Below, piece after piece: positions 36,585-50,111 of a DNA stretch of 64,000 bases (positions are counted from its first letter, which is position 1; the number at the start of each line of letters is the position of its first letter). The notes under the pieces were generated by a model that was not told the DNA's origin, ran no database searches, and saw only the letters and a program-made list of their open reading frames with translations. A program made the translations under genes and the position numbers. The DNA is taken from the NCBI RefSeq assembly GCF_036365525.1, contig NC_090381.1:65434950-65498949 (forward strand), in the 5' to 3' direction. Source of the DNA: Heterodontus francisci (taxonomy: Eukaryota).

Positions 36585-36661
36585 ATGTACCTCTGATTCA
36601 AACAAAAGTTGCGTTAATGGGAAAGGTTGGGGACACTGAAGAGATTCTGAAAGCCTTGGAG
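36585..36661 (+). CDS. ECT2: ECT2 exon (DVPLIQTKVALMGKVGDTEEILKALE)
   Basis: Pyrimidine tract plus CTAG acceptor, GTAATG donor; human EMPQIETRVILVQEAGKQEELIKALK. Confidence 0.88.
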
Positions 36662-37812
36662 GTAATGACTTCAGGTTTAAAACTTCAATTGCAATCATTA
36701 TCTTTTCATCTGTAGGTGTCGATGTTGTATTAAGAATATTTATATTTTGATATTTTCTGGTTCTTTTGTTACTGTGGTAATCCATCATATTAGTAAAACA
36801 CTTGACAGATTCCTAAAATGTTGTAAGAAACAGTTTTGGGTAAGAACATGCAATCTTTCTTTTATAAAGTAGATTGTTTTAGTTTTTCTCTTTTTTGCTT
36901 GAAAATTTGAGACCTTTTTATTCTTGCCCAAACGCAGTTCTGTAAGCCTTGGTAAGATAAACACACAAATTTCTTGCCAATCCAGGGGTTCTTGTATCCA
37001 TGCCTTTAAAAGTTGACCCATTATTGAGGATTGTAGAGTTATGTTTGTGATGAGCATTTTTTGTAAGACTCTGATAGCTGTTGCATTCTGCATATCATTT
37101 TACTGTTAATAGTTGACGCATGAAATGTCTTGAGTGTCCAAACCCAAATCCCACTTCCAGCTTTTTTTTAATGGCATCACTCTGAAAATAGTCAATTTGA
37201 CAAGCTATTTTCAACTAAATACCAATAATACTTTTGGCTGCTGTCTCAATTTGCTGGTCTGGCACATAGCTCCAACATCAGTTTCACAAGTAATGGCTAA
37301 AGCTGAACTATTGATATAAAACTGTGCCAATATTTGACATCTTTTGAGGTAGAACATTTCAGTGGTTAACTGTAATTCAGTCCCATTTTACACAATGTAA
37401 CTAGCTAGGTCCTGACTTTTATATTTTGGCACATAGTGTTTTTCACGTTTACTTCATTGGTTCTTGGGAAAAAGCTATTTCCTTTTTTATCTGTACCTTC
37501 CCAAAGCTATGTTAGGATAGGTTGAATGGGGCACTGATACCTCAAGTGGCCGTTAGTAATGAGTCTGGACTGTGAACGCTAGTGGGCTGTAACCAAGGAG
37601 TGGGGGGGGGGGGGGGGGGGGTGTTTGGGGGAAGGGAAATGGCAGGCATTATTGTACCTGATCCTGTATTCACCTGATATCCATGCAAAAAGAAAAGACA
37701 AATAGACCTTATAACACAATGCACAAAGCTGCAATATAGCAATAAATGGAGCTTTTCTGCATCCAAATCCAGTGGTGTACTTTTTTTGGTATTAGCTCTT
37801 GATCCTTCACAG

Positions 37813-37905
37813 ACAGTTAAAGAAATTGAAGTTCCTATGATGGTGAAGGAAAGCATGCCTAATAGCAAGTTGGGACAACGGTTTATAAAATCAATTGCAA
37901 ATATG
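37813..37905 (+). CDS. ECT2: ECT2 93-nt cassette exon homolog (TVKEIEVPMMVKESMPNSKLGQRFIKSIANM) with non-canonical donor
   Basis: 31 aa colinear with the human alternatively spliced TIKIMEVPVIKIKESCPGKSDEKLIKSVINM; CAG acceptor; donor position reads ATAGGT. Confidence 0.6.
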
Positions 37906-40016
37906 ATAGGTTTTGGGGATCTTGGGAGTAAACTCCACCTCCCTCCAAGTTACATTGGCCTAATCTCTACACTCCAAATTTGTCTTTTAAAATTGAGGAT
38001 ATATTCTTAATATATTGTATTTCAAACTTGGGATGAAACTGAATGGAAACTCTTCCCTCTGGGCTGATTTATTTTAAAACAAAACAAAAAAAAAATTAAA
38101 TTTTCTATTAATGTACTTAGAAAATTATCCACATGTCCATTTTAGGACCTTTTTTTTATATTGGGTTTTCTAAACTAGCCTATGATGCCAGGTTGGACCT
38201 TTTTTTGCAGTTGACAAGTTTCTTAATAGTTGGTGTGTTGTTGGTAACTTGTGCATGGGATCTGTTAGAAACTGAAACAATTTGGTTGAAGCAATAATAT
38301 CAAGTGAACAGGGTGTGTTATACTTGTTTGCTGCTTGCAACTGGTATCAGCAAATGCTTGACACCTCAAAAAAGAAAGTATTTTCTACTTAGTATATACT
38401 TAAATATCGTTTTAAGCAATTTTTATGCAAGGATATAGGGCTGGAATGCTTATCTGTACCATTTTCCAATAACATGATCTAGTTTATAATACTTTAGTGT
38501 TGTGCACATGCATGGTGGGTTATGGTTTGGGGATTTTTAGTATTGTGTATTCTGTATTGTGTTTACAGTACTGTCTGTAAACAGATTTGTCACCTGCAAT
38601 CTGGAAGCTTTATTTTTGTTCTCTCTCTCTTGCCTTTTCTAAGGTTTATACCAGGGAGTAACAACAACCCTACTTGCAGCATTCATTTTAATGGATTTAA
38701 TGTAGTCTCACACTGGTGTTACTGAACTTGTTTGAAATGTAAGATTCTCTAAAGTGCTGCATGGTTGATGCATCCAGAAAACTGAATTCATTTTTTTTGT
38801 AAGCTGTTTACATAAAATAAAGTTCTTTAGTTGTTTAATATTTTTGTTACTGTTTAATATTTCTGAGCCAAGAGTGCTCAGGCTAATTCTAATGTCCCAG
38901 CTTGGATCAGGTACCTCATCACAGGGCTGGATTCAAACTCAGGATCTCTTGTGTATGGCTTAGTAGTACATCATATAATAACCTCTACCCGCTGGGCCAG
39001 CAAGAAGTGCCTGACTGCAGACAGGCCTAAAATAATCACCTTTATCCATTGTATAACTTTTTTTGATACAAGGTCCATGATTTGGCACTAACTTTTTTTT
39101 TAGTGATTGGTAAATAGGTTCCACATTTTCACCGTCACTAAAAATAGGGGATTCTCAAATTATCTGCATTCCAATTATTTGTCAGTCTTCCAAGATAAAA
39201 TTATGCAAAATGTTACCTAATTGCAAAACCAATTAACAGCCTAATGTCTGAGAAATCAATCTTCTAGCTCAAGGAGAGATTACATTTAATTGTCATTTAT
39301 ATTGCACTCGTCTTCATTCATGTGCTGAGGTTGTTACAGTATCATACTTGCAGGGCCAAGTTTGGAAACTGAATATTTGCTAAATTCTATTAACCACATG
39401 GGCAGTCTCCATTTTGGAGTGTAATTGAGGTTTCACTGTACTTTTAATTTCATACTTCATAACATGCATATTCATTGTGGAAGCAAATCATGTACATACT
39501 TACCATTTGATTGTTTCAACCGATTATCTGTTGTGGACTTGAGCTTCACAACCTTAAGCAAATCTTGATGCCTAGCCCAGGAGGAATTGGTGCACCATGT
39601 TTTTTGTTTTAATTGATGTAAAGACAAATGATAGTTGTCAGATGTAGGTTTAAACTGAGATATCTGCCGTGCACCAAGATGCCAACCTAATTTTGGGGAA
39701 TGTCTCAGCTCCTCCAGAGTACAAGATATTTCATTTTTTAATTCTGTTCCTGGTACTGATATCTAGCTATGTTATTTCTTGTGCTGTTGAAATGATTTAA
39801 AAAAAAAAAATTCAGCCCTCAAATCAGTAATTCTTAAACTGTTACAAATCCAAAATTGTAGAGTGCAATCCTGAATTAATAACATAATTTAAAAAAACTA
39901 ATCTAATAGGGATTTTTCTTCCAGTATAATTGAGCTCTTTGTCTGCACCATGCAGAAGGAACTTCAGAGAATTTGTTTCTGATTTTTCTTTATCTTTCAC
40001 GTTTGCAATGATTTAG

Positions 40017-40196
40017 GAAATCAAGCTGCCGGTTGTTAAATTGGAAAGCGTGGAAGATTTTGGCAACGAAAATGCTGAGTTTGAGACTATATTTGTGCTG
40101 GGAGAATTCGAAGGCCAGCCTTATGAGATCTTGCACAAGATGAATGCTAGAATCCTGGGACCTCCTGTTGTGCTTCACTGTGCAGGAAAAGGAGAG
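40017..40196 (+). CDS. ECT2: ECT2 exon, BRCT0 (EIKLPVVKLESVEDF...RILGPPVVLHCAGKGE)
   Basis: TAG acceptor, GTATAG donor, 180 nt; human DIKVGFVKMESVEEF...RVIGPPVVLNCSQKGE. Confidence 0.93.
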
Positions 40197-41565
40197 GTAT
40201 AGTTGAACATCAACGTACATGTGTGTGATTTCAAAACTTAGTGGTGGGGAGAGTACCACAAAAAAAACCTCAGTGATTTTGTTAGCACAAGTTGCTAGAA
40301 GCCATGGGTTTTGTGCAGTTTAATCTTAATCAGGATAATCTAAAGTCCTCATGTTCAGACTCTATCTGTTTTGATTCTGAAGCCGATTACTAGCTGGTCT
40401 TATAGACAACATATTCTCTACTCCCCTCACTAATTAACAGTGCTGCAACACTATTTACAATTAGAATCTGCATGTTGACTAAAACGAGCTGGGAATCAGA
40501 TGAATGGGGAGAATTGTGTAATTAAAATTCTCCCATCTGAGTGGGAAAGAAAAACTAACCAGGAAGCTTTTGGTAACATCAGGGGCCAGGCCGGCAAATA
40601 ACCGTTACGACATCCAGGATCTTCAGTAAGCCTAGAACTATGGTGGAGTCGTTGCTATAACTTCAGTTTGAACAATGACTACTGCAGCTAAAAGCCAATC
40701 CACCTACTATTTGGCTGTTGATTTATCTTGAGAGTTTGAACTGGTGAATTTGAGAAATTTCAATCTTCTGCACTAGAGGAGGCAATGTAAGTGGCTGACC
40801 CAAGGACTGATACACACAGGTCTGAAAAATCGCAGCTGCAGTTACCATTATGTAACTCCTGTGCAGATGCTCCAGCTGCATGGATGCCCTTGCTTGCTCT
40901 ATGTTTGTAACATCATGTGCTTCAAAGCTGGACTGTGCAACACTGCATGCATCTACCCTTGCCTTACCTCTATTGTCAATGAAACCATTGCTTTCACCTT
41001 CCTTATTGTCAGTCTCTACCTCTTCAATGCCAGCCTCCGAACTTCTGAATTATTCAGAACTCTACTGCCTGCCTCCTGTCCTGCTTACTTAATGTGCTTG
41101 ACCACACTACCCTGTGCTTTTCCTCATCTCTCAATGCATAGGAGTTTAAAAAAAAAAAAAACACAACCTGTATCTACAAATTCTTTCACCGCCTCATCCC
41201 ACCCTTCACACTGCAATATTTTCCAGGCTTGTGTGCCCTCTGATCCTCTGGCTCTGGCCTTCCCCTACCCCAAAGCATTCCATCTTTGGTAGATCCTTAA
41301 GTTTCCTTGCCCCTATTCTCTAGAACTATTTTTCTTTCTTCTCCTTTCCAAAAACTCCCTTCAAAAACTATTTTTGTCCATGCTATTGGTCACCTTTCCT
41401 TGGCTTCCCACAAAAACTGTCTGCTCCGTTTCCTCCTCTGAGGTACTCTTGGATGTTCTTGGGGTATAGCTGCTTTAACATAGACCAAGTTGTTGTTGGT
41501 TTATTCTCTAGAGGTGTTTCTTCAGATGTAGCTAACTTGGATATGTCCAAATTTAAACTGTTTTA

Positions 41566-42955
41566 CATACAAACATACAAATTAGGAGCAGGAGTCCCCT
41601 CGAGCCTTCTCCGCCATTTGATAAGATCATGGTTGATCTGATTGTGGCCTTAACTCTACTTTCCTGTCCATCTCCTCCTATAACCTTTGACTGCCTTGTC
41701 AAAAAATCTATCTAACTCAGCCTTAAAAATAACCAATGACCCTGCCCAACAGGGTTGTTGACCCTGCCTCCACTGCTGTCTGAGGAAGAGAATTGCACAG
41801 ATGAACAACCCTCTGAGAAGAAATTTCTTCTCACTCCATCTTAAATGGGAGACCCCTTATTTTTAAACTGTCCCCTAGTTCTAGTTTCTCCCACAAGGGG
41901 AAACATTCCCTCGCACCCACCCTGTCAAGTCTCTTCAGGATCTTGTATGTTTCAAACAGATCACCTCTCCTTCTAAACTCTAATGGATACAGGCCCAAAC
42001 TGTCCAACTTTTCCTCCTAAGGTAACCCTTCATCCCTGGAATCAGTTGAATGAACCTTCTCTGAACTGCTTCTAATGCAGTTATTTCCTTTCTTAAGTAA
42101 GGAGATCAAAGCTGTACACAGTACTCCAGATGTGGTCTCATCAAAACCCTGTACAGCTGTAGCAATATTTCCCTACTTTTATACTCTATTCCATTTGTCT
42201 TTCTAATCACTTGCTGTACTGGCATACTAACTTTTTGTGATTCATGTACCAGGACACCCAGATCCCTCTGTACTGCAGAGCTCTGCAATCTCTCGCCATT
42301 TAAATAATATACTGCTTTTCTATTCTTCCTGCCAAAGTGGACAAGTTCACATTATACCACCTGCCAGATGCATGCCTGCTCATTTACCTATATCCCTTTA
42401 CAGACTCCTTGTGTCCTCTTCACAACATGCTCTCCTACCTATCTTTGTGTCATCAGCAAATTTAGCAACCATACATTCGGTCCCTTCGTCCAAGTCATTG
42501 CTATAGATTGTAAATAGTTTAGGCCCCAGCACTGGTCCCTGTGGCACTGCACTAGTAACAGCTTGCCAAACTGAAAATGCCCCATTTATCACTACTCTCT
42601 GCTTCCTGTTCTCTTTGATAGAGGATTGGTTAGCTAATATGTTACCCCCTACACCAAGAGCTCTTATTTTGTATAATAACCTTTGATGTGGCACCTTGTC
42701 AAATGCCTTTTGGAAATCCAAGTATGCCACATCTACAAGTTCCCCTTTATCCACCTAGCATGTTACTTCCTCAAAGAACTCTAGTAAATTAGTCAAACAC
42801 AATTGCCCATTCACAAAACCATGTGACTGTGCCTGATTAAATTAAGATTTTCTCCGTGCCCTGCTATAACCTCCTTAATAATAGATTCTAGCATTTTCCC
42901 TATGACAGATGTTCAGCTAACTGGCCTGTAGTTTCCTGCCTTCTGTCTCCCTCCT
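41566..42955 (-). mobile_element. CR1 LINE RT-to-3' fragment
   Basis: YLDFQKAFDKVPH, VPQGPVLGP, KFADDTKIG and RPHLEYCVQ on the minus strand. Confidence 0.9.
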
Positions 42956-43826
42956 TGTTTTGGTCCTATCATTTGATGATTATGCTAGGGTAGGGCTGTG
43001 TCTGTGCACACTTCTGAAATGGTCAAAAAGTCCACTATATTGCAGTTTTGCTACTGATAACAGCCCTACAGATAATGACGAAATAAACAATGTGGCATTA
43101 GTGCTGTTGAAGGTGGTGTGCACTAGGAAGTGATGCAGCGTATCTCCATAGCAGCATTGTTTTTGGCATTGTAACTATTATTGCTGGCAGAGATAACTGT
43201 TGTTCTGTTCTTGACAAATTTGTTTCTGGCCTGTATTCACCTTTTTCGAACCATTGGGGAAGGTAATACATGCTGGAAAACTTTGCTGTTAGCAGGGCAG
43301 AATTTCTGAGTGCCCTTACAAATGGCAACCCCTTTAAGAGAATCCTGTGCTCTTTCAGAGGAATACACCCATAGCTGTTGCCTATTTTAATCCTCTGCAT
43401 GAAGGAACTTGGACATGCTCAGTTCTTGTGATTTTTTTTTTTTGTTTGTGCTGTAGAAACAAACCCACAATATAAACAGAGCAATTTCTACAGCATCAGG
43501 AACTTTGCTGCGTTACAGTATTAATTCCAAAAGTGGGTTGCAATATAAATGCAGCATCAGAAGAGCATATGATTAACTTTTAGTAGTTCCAATTCTCCAG
43601 AGGATTTTTGCCACACTTAATTGGAAGATAATTTTCCCTGTTGTGAAAAAGTTTACTGTCAAGCTTGTAGAAACTTGTACAGAAGGCATAACAAATTTTA
43701 TAACTTTAACTTGAGATGATGGTTCAACCCACATTCTTGTTTTAAAAAAAATAAATTGAATTAGGAATATTTCCTCCTTTTAAGTGTTAATGATTTTAAT
43801 AAAGCTAATATTTTTGTTCTATATAG

Positions 43827-43913
43827 CCTCTGCCTTTCACATCACGGCCGCTGTATTGTACAAGTATGTTGGATCTGGTCTTGTGTTTCACTGGATTCAA
43901 GAAAGAGAAGTTG
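43827..43913 (+). CDS. ECT2: ECT2 exon, BRCT1 start (PLPFTSRPLYCTSMLDLVLCFTGFKKEKL)
   Basis: TAG/GTGAGT boundaries; human PLPFSCRPLYCTSMMNLVLCFTGFRKKEEL. Confidence 0.95.
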
Positions 43914-44929
43914 GTGAGTTTCCTCTTAGTCAAAGTTCTATTGACTGATTTCTGGCAAACATGGAGTATTGTATTACAAGGATTCTGATAGTGAGCATTG
44001 TCACTTTGTCCAGCATATGAAATACCACTTTAGTACACTTCAGATCTGCTCTGTATTCTCCAAGGAATGTTGTTTTTTTTTTCTGCCATTTAAGTTATGA
44101 CCATCTAACACTCAGGAAGCATCCATTCTGAATTCATAAATTAGTGAAGTGTTTGTGAGGAATCTGTTAAACTGCAGTTTTCAATCGTATTTTAAACTTC
44201 CCTTCAATAATCAAAACATGGGATTCCTGGAAAAGTAGTTGAAATAACTAAATTTTGCAGTTCTGCATTGAAGTTTTGATTAAATCTCACCAGTCACTTC
44301 CATTAGGCCTATGATGGTGCTATCAATTGTAGATAGCAACGCATGCACAGGTAATTGTTTTAGCAACCTGCAGACCCCACAGGTGAATGAATTATGTTAT
44401 TAGTGAGTTGGATTGCATAATGGAAGAATTTCTTTTTCTCTTGTGCACATTTTGCTCTTCATGGTATGTCTGATGGTAGCAGAATACTCTGAACGGGAAA
44501 TATTGTCTAATCCTGAACTAATGGTTTTAAAACTTTACTGCAAGCTCACGTGGAATGGTACTTGTTACTCGAAAGAAGGTTCTGGTAATGGATGATTCAT
44601 TTTTGAATGACAATTAATTATTTTTGAGGAAAACCAGGTGCATGCTAATTATTGTAGCAGCCTTTTGATTATTTGAAAAGGCTTAAGTAAGAATATCAGA
44701 TGTACTATATAAATTGATAAATGTACTAAGGGGGTGACAGCTATTGAGAATTGGATGCTTTTGAACCCTGTGGTAAACTAATAGATTGACTGTAAACTGG
44801 GACAGTATTTTTGTTTTATTTTGTTAAAGATGAAAAAAGATGTCCGTAGTTCCTCATTTCCCATTCCTTGATAATTACGAGAATAATTCATTTAACAATG
44901 ACTGCGTTATTTTCTTGTTTTACCTGTAG

Positions 44930-45037
44930 CTTATTCTTGTTACCCTGGCACACCACATGGGAGCAACCATTCGTAAAGAATACACTGGCAAAATAACTCA
45001 TCTCGTGGCAAATTCTACTCAAAGTGGCAAATTCAGG
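44930..45037 (+). CDS. ECT2: ECT2 exon, BRCT1 (LILVTLAHHMGATIRKEYTGKITHLVANSTQSGKFR)
   Basis: TAG/GTATGA boundaries; human VRLVTLVHHMGGVIRKDFNSKVTHLVANCTQGEKFR. Confidence 0.95.
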
Positions 45038-45504
45038 GTATGAAAAATTTTTTAATCTGGAATGTTTCATTTGCACATTGCAAAAATATCTCTGAAGTTG
45101 TGGGGTTCTTGATCAACTCTGGAAATGGTTCAGAAACTGTTTTCCAGCCATTGGAATGGGGGAGGAAGGGTGCTGAATGCAGTTCCATAGGGCTGGGAGT
45201 TGAAGCACCGCTGTTTTTAACTTGCGAAAATGATCTGGGTACAAAAACTCAGCATACTGATGAAACTTGTTACTGATGCTAAGCTGGGAAGGGCAGTGGA
45301 ATTGGAGGTAGAAGCTCAATCGTTGTCCAATGAGTTGGACAAAATAAATATGAGGGTAGAATAATGCCAGCATGTGAAGTATGGCACATAGGAAGGGAAA
45401 ACAAGCAATGCAAATAGTCTATGATTGGTGTTGGAAAAAGCTCAGACTAATCTTCAACATGTCCAATCAACCAGAACAGCAAAGACAATACAATAGCAAG
45501 ATTT

Positions 45505-46130
45505 ATGGCAGAGGTGGAGGCCACTTGGTTCATTGTTTCTGTGCTGGCTGTGAGTTATCCAGTCTAATCCTACCTTCCAGCTCTGTCTGTAGCCCTGTAG
45601 GTTATGGCACCTCAAGTGCTGCTTTAAATACGATGAGGGTTTCTGCCTCCTATCTCCCGTTCAGGCAGTGAGTTCCAGACCCCCACCCTGCTCTGGATGA
45701 GAAAAGTACTTCTCAATTCCCCTCTAATCATTCTGCCAATTACTTTAAATCTATGCCTCCCTACTTACTGACCTCTCTGCTAACGGAAATAGGTCCTTCC
45801 TATCCATTCTATCTGGGCCTCTCAATTTTATACACTCAATTAAATCTCCCCTCACCTTCCTCATAACAAAAGTTCTCCATTCCTGGCAACATCCTCCTAA
45901 ATCTCCTCTGTACCCTCTCTAATGTGATGACATCCTTCCTATAATGCAGTGACAAGAAACTATGCCGTACTCTAGCTGCACTCTAACTAGTGTTTTATAC
46001 AGTTCTAGTATAACCTCTCTGCTCTTATACTCTAGGCCCTAAATGCTTTTTTGACCACCTTATCTACCTATCGTACTTTCAGGGATTTGTAGACATACAC
46101 TCCAAGGCTTCTCTGTTTCTCTACATTTCT
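45505..46130 (-). mobile_element. CR1 LINE 3' fragment, decayed
   Basis: Reverse complement of CR1 3' ORF2/UTR motifs (GGCATAGATTTAAAGTAATTGGCAGAA; AAAACACTAGTTAG). Confidence 0.75.
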
Positions 46131-46139
46131 CGGTCACTT

Positions 46140-48580
46140 TTTTTTCATTTCATTCAGGGAATGGGCTAACGTTTATTGCCCTTGAGAAGGTGCTGGTGAG
46201 CTGTCTTCTTGAACTGCTGCAGTCCTTGGGGTGTAAGTACACCCACGGTGCTGTTGAGAAGGGAGTTCAAGGATTTTGACCCAGCGACAGTGATATACTT
46301 CCAAGTCAGATGGTGTGTGGCTTGGAGGGGAACTTGGTGGTGGTGGTGTTCCCATGCATCTGCTGCAGTTGTCCTTCTAGGTGGTGGAGGTCCTGGGTTT
46401 GGAAGGTGCTGTTAAAGGAGCCTTGGTGAGTTGCTGTAGTGCATTTTGTAGATGGTACGCACTGCTGCCACTGTGCGTGAAGGTGGTGGGCGGGGTGCCA
46501 ATCAAGCCAGCTGCTTTGTCCTGGATGGTGTCGAGCTTCTTGTGTTGTTGGAGCTGCACCCATCCAGACAAGTGGAGAGTATTCCATCACACTCCTGACT
46601 TGTGCCTTGGAGATAGTGGCAGGCATTGGGGAGTCAGGAGGTGAGTTACTTACTGCAGAATTCCCAGCCTCTGAGCTGCTCTTGTAGTCACAGCATTTAT
46701 GTGGCTGGTCCAGTTCAGTTTCTGGTCAATGGTGACCCCCAGGATGTTGATGGTGGGGGGTTCAGCGATCGCGATGCCATTGAACGTCAAAGGGAGATGG
46801 TTAGATGCTTTTTTTTGAGATGGCTATTGCCTGGCACTTGTGTGGCATGAATGTTACTTGGCACTTATCAGCCCAAGCCTGGATGTTGCCCAGGTCTTGC
46901 TTTAGTATCTGAGGAGTCATGAATGCTGCTGAACATTGTGCAAATGTCCCCACTTCTGACTTTATGATGGAGGGAAGGTCATTGAAGTAGTTGAAGATGG
47001 TTGGGCCTAGAATGCTACACTGAGGAACTCTTGCAGTAATGTATTGGGACTGAGATGATGGACCTCCAACTACTGCAACCATCCTCGTTTGCATTGGGTA
47101 TGATTCCAACCAGCGGAGAGTTTTTCCCCTGATTCCCATTAACTTCAGTTTTGGTAGGGCTCCTTGATGCCAAACTCTGTTAAGTGCTGCCTTGACGTCA
47201 AGGGCAGTCACTCGCCTCATCTCTGGAGTTCAGCTCTTTTGTCCATGTTTGGTCAGGAGCTGAGTTGGCCCTGGCGGAACCCAAACTGAGCATCAGTGAG
47301 CAGGTTATTGCTAAACAAGTGCTGCTTGATAGTATTGTCAACAACCCCTTCCTTCTTATCGAGTGTAGACTGATAGAGCGGTAATTGGCCAGGTGGGATG
47401 GGAACATAAGAGCAGGAGTAGGCCATTCAGCCCATCGAGCCTGCTCCGCCATTCTATATGATCATGGCTGATCATCTGTTTCAATGCCTTTTCCCCCACA
47501 CTATCCTCATAGCCCCTTTGTCCTGGATTTGTCCTGCTTTTTGTGCACAGGACATGCCTGGGCAATTTTCCACATTGCTGGGTAGCTGCCAGTGTTGTAG
47601 CTCTACTGGAACAGCTTGGCTAGGGGCGTGGCTAGTTCTGGAGCACAGGTCTTCAGCATTATTGCCGGAAGGTTATCAGGGCCCATAGCCTTTGCAGTAT
47701 CCAGCACCTTCATCCATTTCTTGATGTGGAGTGAATTGGATTGGCTGAAGACTGGCATCGGTGATGCTGGGGACCTCAGGAGGAGGCCAAGATGGATCAT
47801 CCACCAGGCACTTCTGGCTGAAGATGCTGCAAATGCTTCAGCCTTTTTTGCACTGATGTGCTGGACTTTCCCTCCCATCATTCAGCATGGGGACATTTGT
47901 GGAGCCACCTCCTCTTGTTTAATTGTCTACCACCATTCACGACTGGATGTGGCAGGACTGCAGAGCTTAGATCTGATCTGTTGGTTGTGGGATCACTTAG
48001 CCCTGTCTATTGCATACTGCTTCTGCTGTTTGGAATGCAAGTAGTCCTGTTGTAGCTTCACCAGGCTGATACCTCATTTTTAGGTATGCCTGGTGCTGCT
48101 CCTGGCATGCCCTCCTGCACTCTTCTTTGAATCTAGGCTTAGTCCCCCAGCTTGATAGTGATGGTAGATTGGGGGCTATGCTGGGCCATGAGGTTACAGA
48201 TTGTGGCTGAATACAATTTTGCTGCTGCTGATGGCCCACAGCGCCTCATGGATGCCCAGTTTTGAGATTCTAGATCTGTTCAAAATCTATCCCATTTAGC
48301 ACGTTGATAGTGCCACACAACACGATGGTGGGTACCCTCATTGTGAAGACGGGACTTCATCTCTACAAGGATTGTGCAGTGGTCACTCCTACCAATACTG
48401 TCATCGACAGGTAGATTGCTGAGGATGAGGTCAAGTAGGTTTTTCCCTCTTGGTTTATGGCAGGTGGTGAGGGAACCCAGTCTAGCAGCTATGTCCTTTA
48501 GAGCTTGGCTAGTAGTGGTGCAATGGACATTGAAATCCCCCACCCAGAGTACTTTTGTGCCCTTACTACCCTCTGTGCTG
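46140..48580 (-). mobile_element. Divergent CR1-group LINE (endonuclease + RT fragments), with a small CR1 3' end nested at about 47401-47518
   Basis: MGDFNVH, LLDLILSNLP, SDHCTI, KAMGPDNLPAIMLKTCAPELATPLAKLFQ, VTALDVKAALNRVWHQGAL and KAQVRSVMEYSP. Confidence 0.85.
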
Positions 48581-48589
48581 TTTCCAATT

Positions 48590-49045
48590 GGTATTCAAAT
48601 CTACCATTTATTGTGTATTCCCTTGCCTTGTTTGTCCTCCCCAAATGCATTACCTGACACTTCTGGATTGAATTCCTTTGCCATTGTTTTGCCCACTTGA
48701 CTAGTTCATATCTTCTGCAATCTACAGCTTTTTTCCTCACTGTCAACCACGTGGGCAAATTTTGTATCACCTGCAAACTTCTTAATTATGTCCCTACATG
48801 TAACTCTAAAATCATTGATTATATACCGCAAACAGCAAGGGAGCCCGTACTGAGCCCTACGGAACACCACTGCAAACCATCTTCCTGTGACAAAAACACC
48901 TGTTGACCAAAACCCTTTGCTTCCTGTAACTGAGCCAATTTTGGATCCACCTTGCCACTTTTCCTTGGATCCCATGAGCTTTTAATTTTCTGACCATCTG
49001 CTATATGGTCAAAAGCCTTGCTAAAATTCATGTATACTACATTAA
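48590..49045 (-). mobile_element. CR1 LINE RT fragment
   Basis: MNFSKAFD, KFAGDTKF and KCQVMHLGRTNKAREYTING pieces. Confidence 0.8.
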
Positions 49046-50037
49046 ATGATGTTGAACTTCAAAAACAGAATATAAGTCAGGGAAGTGGTGATTGATCTAG
49101 TCAGACTATACCTTGAATACTCTGTCCAGATCTGTATTTTGACACAAAAGACCCTTTCAATTGCTGGAGGTAGTGCAGAGAAAAGCCACTAAGCTGATCC
49201 CTGGTGTCAACAGGATGAGTTTTGGAAAGTTAAAGATAGAGCCCTGGAACTATTTAATCAACAATTAGATACAACAGGCGAGGAGGAGTACCTCTAGAAT
49301 TTTGCTGGATGGGTAAATTAAGATGGACCAAATAGCCTTCCTTATCTTGTAAACCTAATCAATTTCTGTATAGTTTTTATGGAAAATAGGCCATCTTATC
49401 TGCTTGAGATTACCAGTTGTGCTCCAATATAAATTGTCAATGACAGAATGAGTATAGTATTTAAAAAATCAGATCCTTAATGTGTTAGATTATTTGAAGA
49501 TAATTTTGTGAAATAAACTTCAGTTCAGACAGAGGTTCTTGATCTGGGAGGCATAAGAAGGTTATCTGGTTGCGAGCAAGCTGAGAATGAGTGATTATCG
49601 TGTCTCAAAGTCAGAGGAGGTAAGTTACAGGTCAATCTCTGCACGGTGTGGAGGTTTGAATCTCTCCTGATTTTGAAAAGTAGATGTTTGATCTATAATG
49701 GTTAGTGGTAGGCTTGCTACAATTTGCATATGTCCCTTTTAGGGTAGGGTGCCGGGGTTAGAATGGGGAAACTTGGTGAGAATGTCAACTTTTGATTACT
49801 TTTCAGCTGCCCTGTATGAAGTGTGCTTGTATAGATAAAAGACAAGATCATTCCTCCATGCAGTTGCATAACTTGCTGACAGTGAATATGCTATACTCCC
49901 ATATGTAGACTGGCCTTTTCGGTGAGGTAGTGAGAACAATTGGCACCTGTGGTATTGTGCTCCAGTAGCAGTCAATGCTTTTAGGAGAGCCTGTGGGATG
50001 GAAATTGACAAAATAAAATGTCTAATATTAATTATAG

Positions 50038-50111
50038 ATTGCTGTAAGCATGGGCACTCCTATCATGAGAGCAGAATGGATTTACAAGGCCTGGGAAAAA
50101 CGAAATGAAAC
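50038..50111 (+). CDS. ECT2: ECT2 exon, BRCT1 end (IAVSMGTPIMRAEWIYKAWEKRNE)
   Basis: TAG/GTAAGT boundaries, phase 2; human VAVSLGTPIMKPEWIYKAWERRNE. Confidence 0.95.

Noticed and set aside
37602-37621. Long G homopolymer (also G-rich runs near 14057 and 52645) as G-quadruplex candidates
   Set aside because: Simple mononucleotide runs with no further supporting evidence.
37817-37909. Alternative 93-nt definition of the ECT2 cassette exon with both ends shifted by 4 nt (AG/GT-compliant)
   Set aside because: Reads in a different frame with an early TGA and loses homology to human ECT2; at most a poison exon.
49600-49680. tRNA-like GGTTTGAATC B-box segment
   Set aside because: No cloverleaf can be formed; likely a decayed SINE head rather than a tRNA gene.
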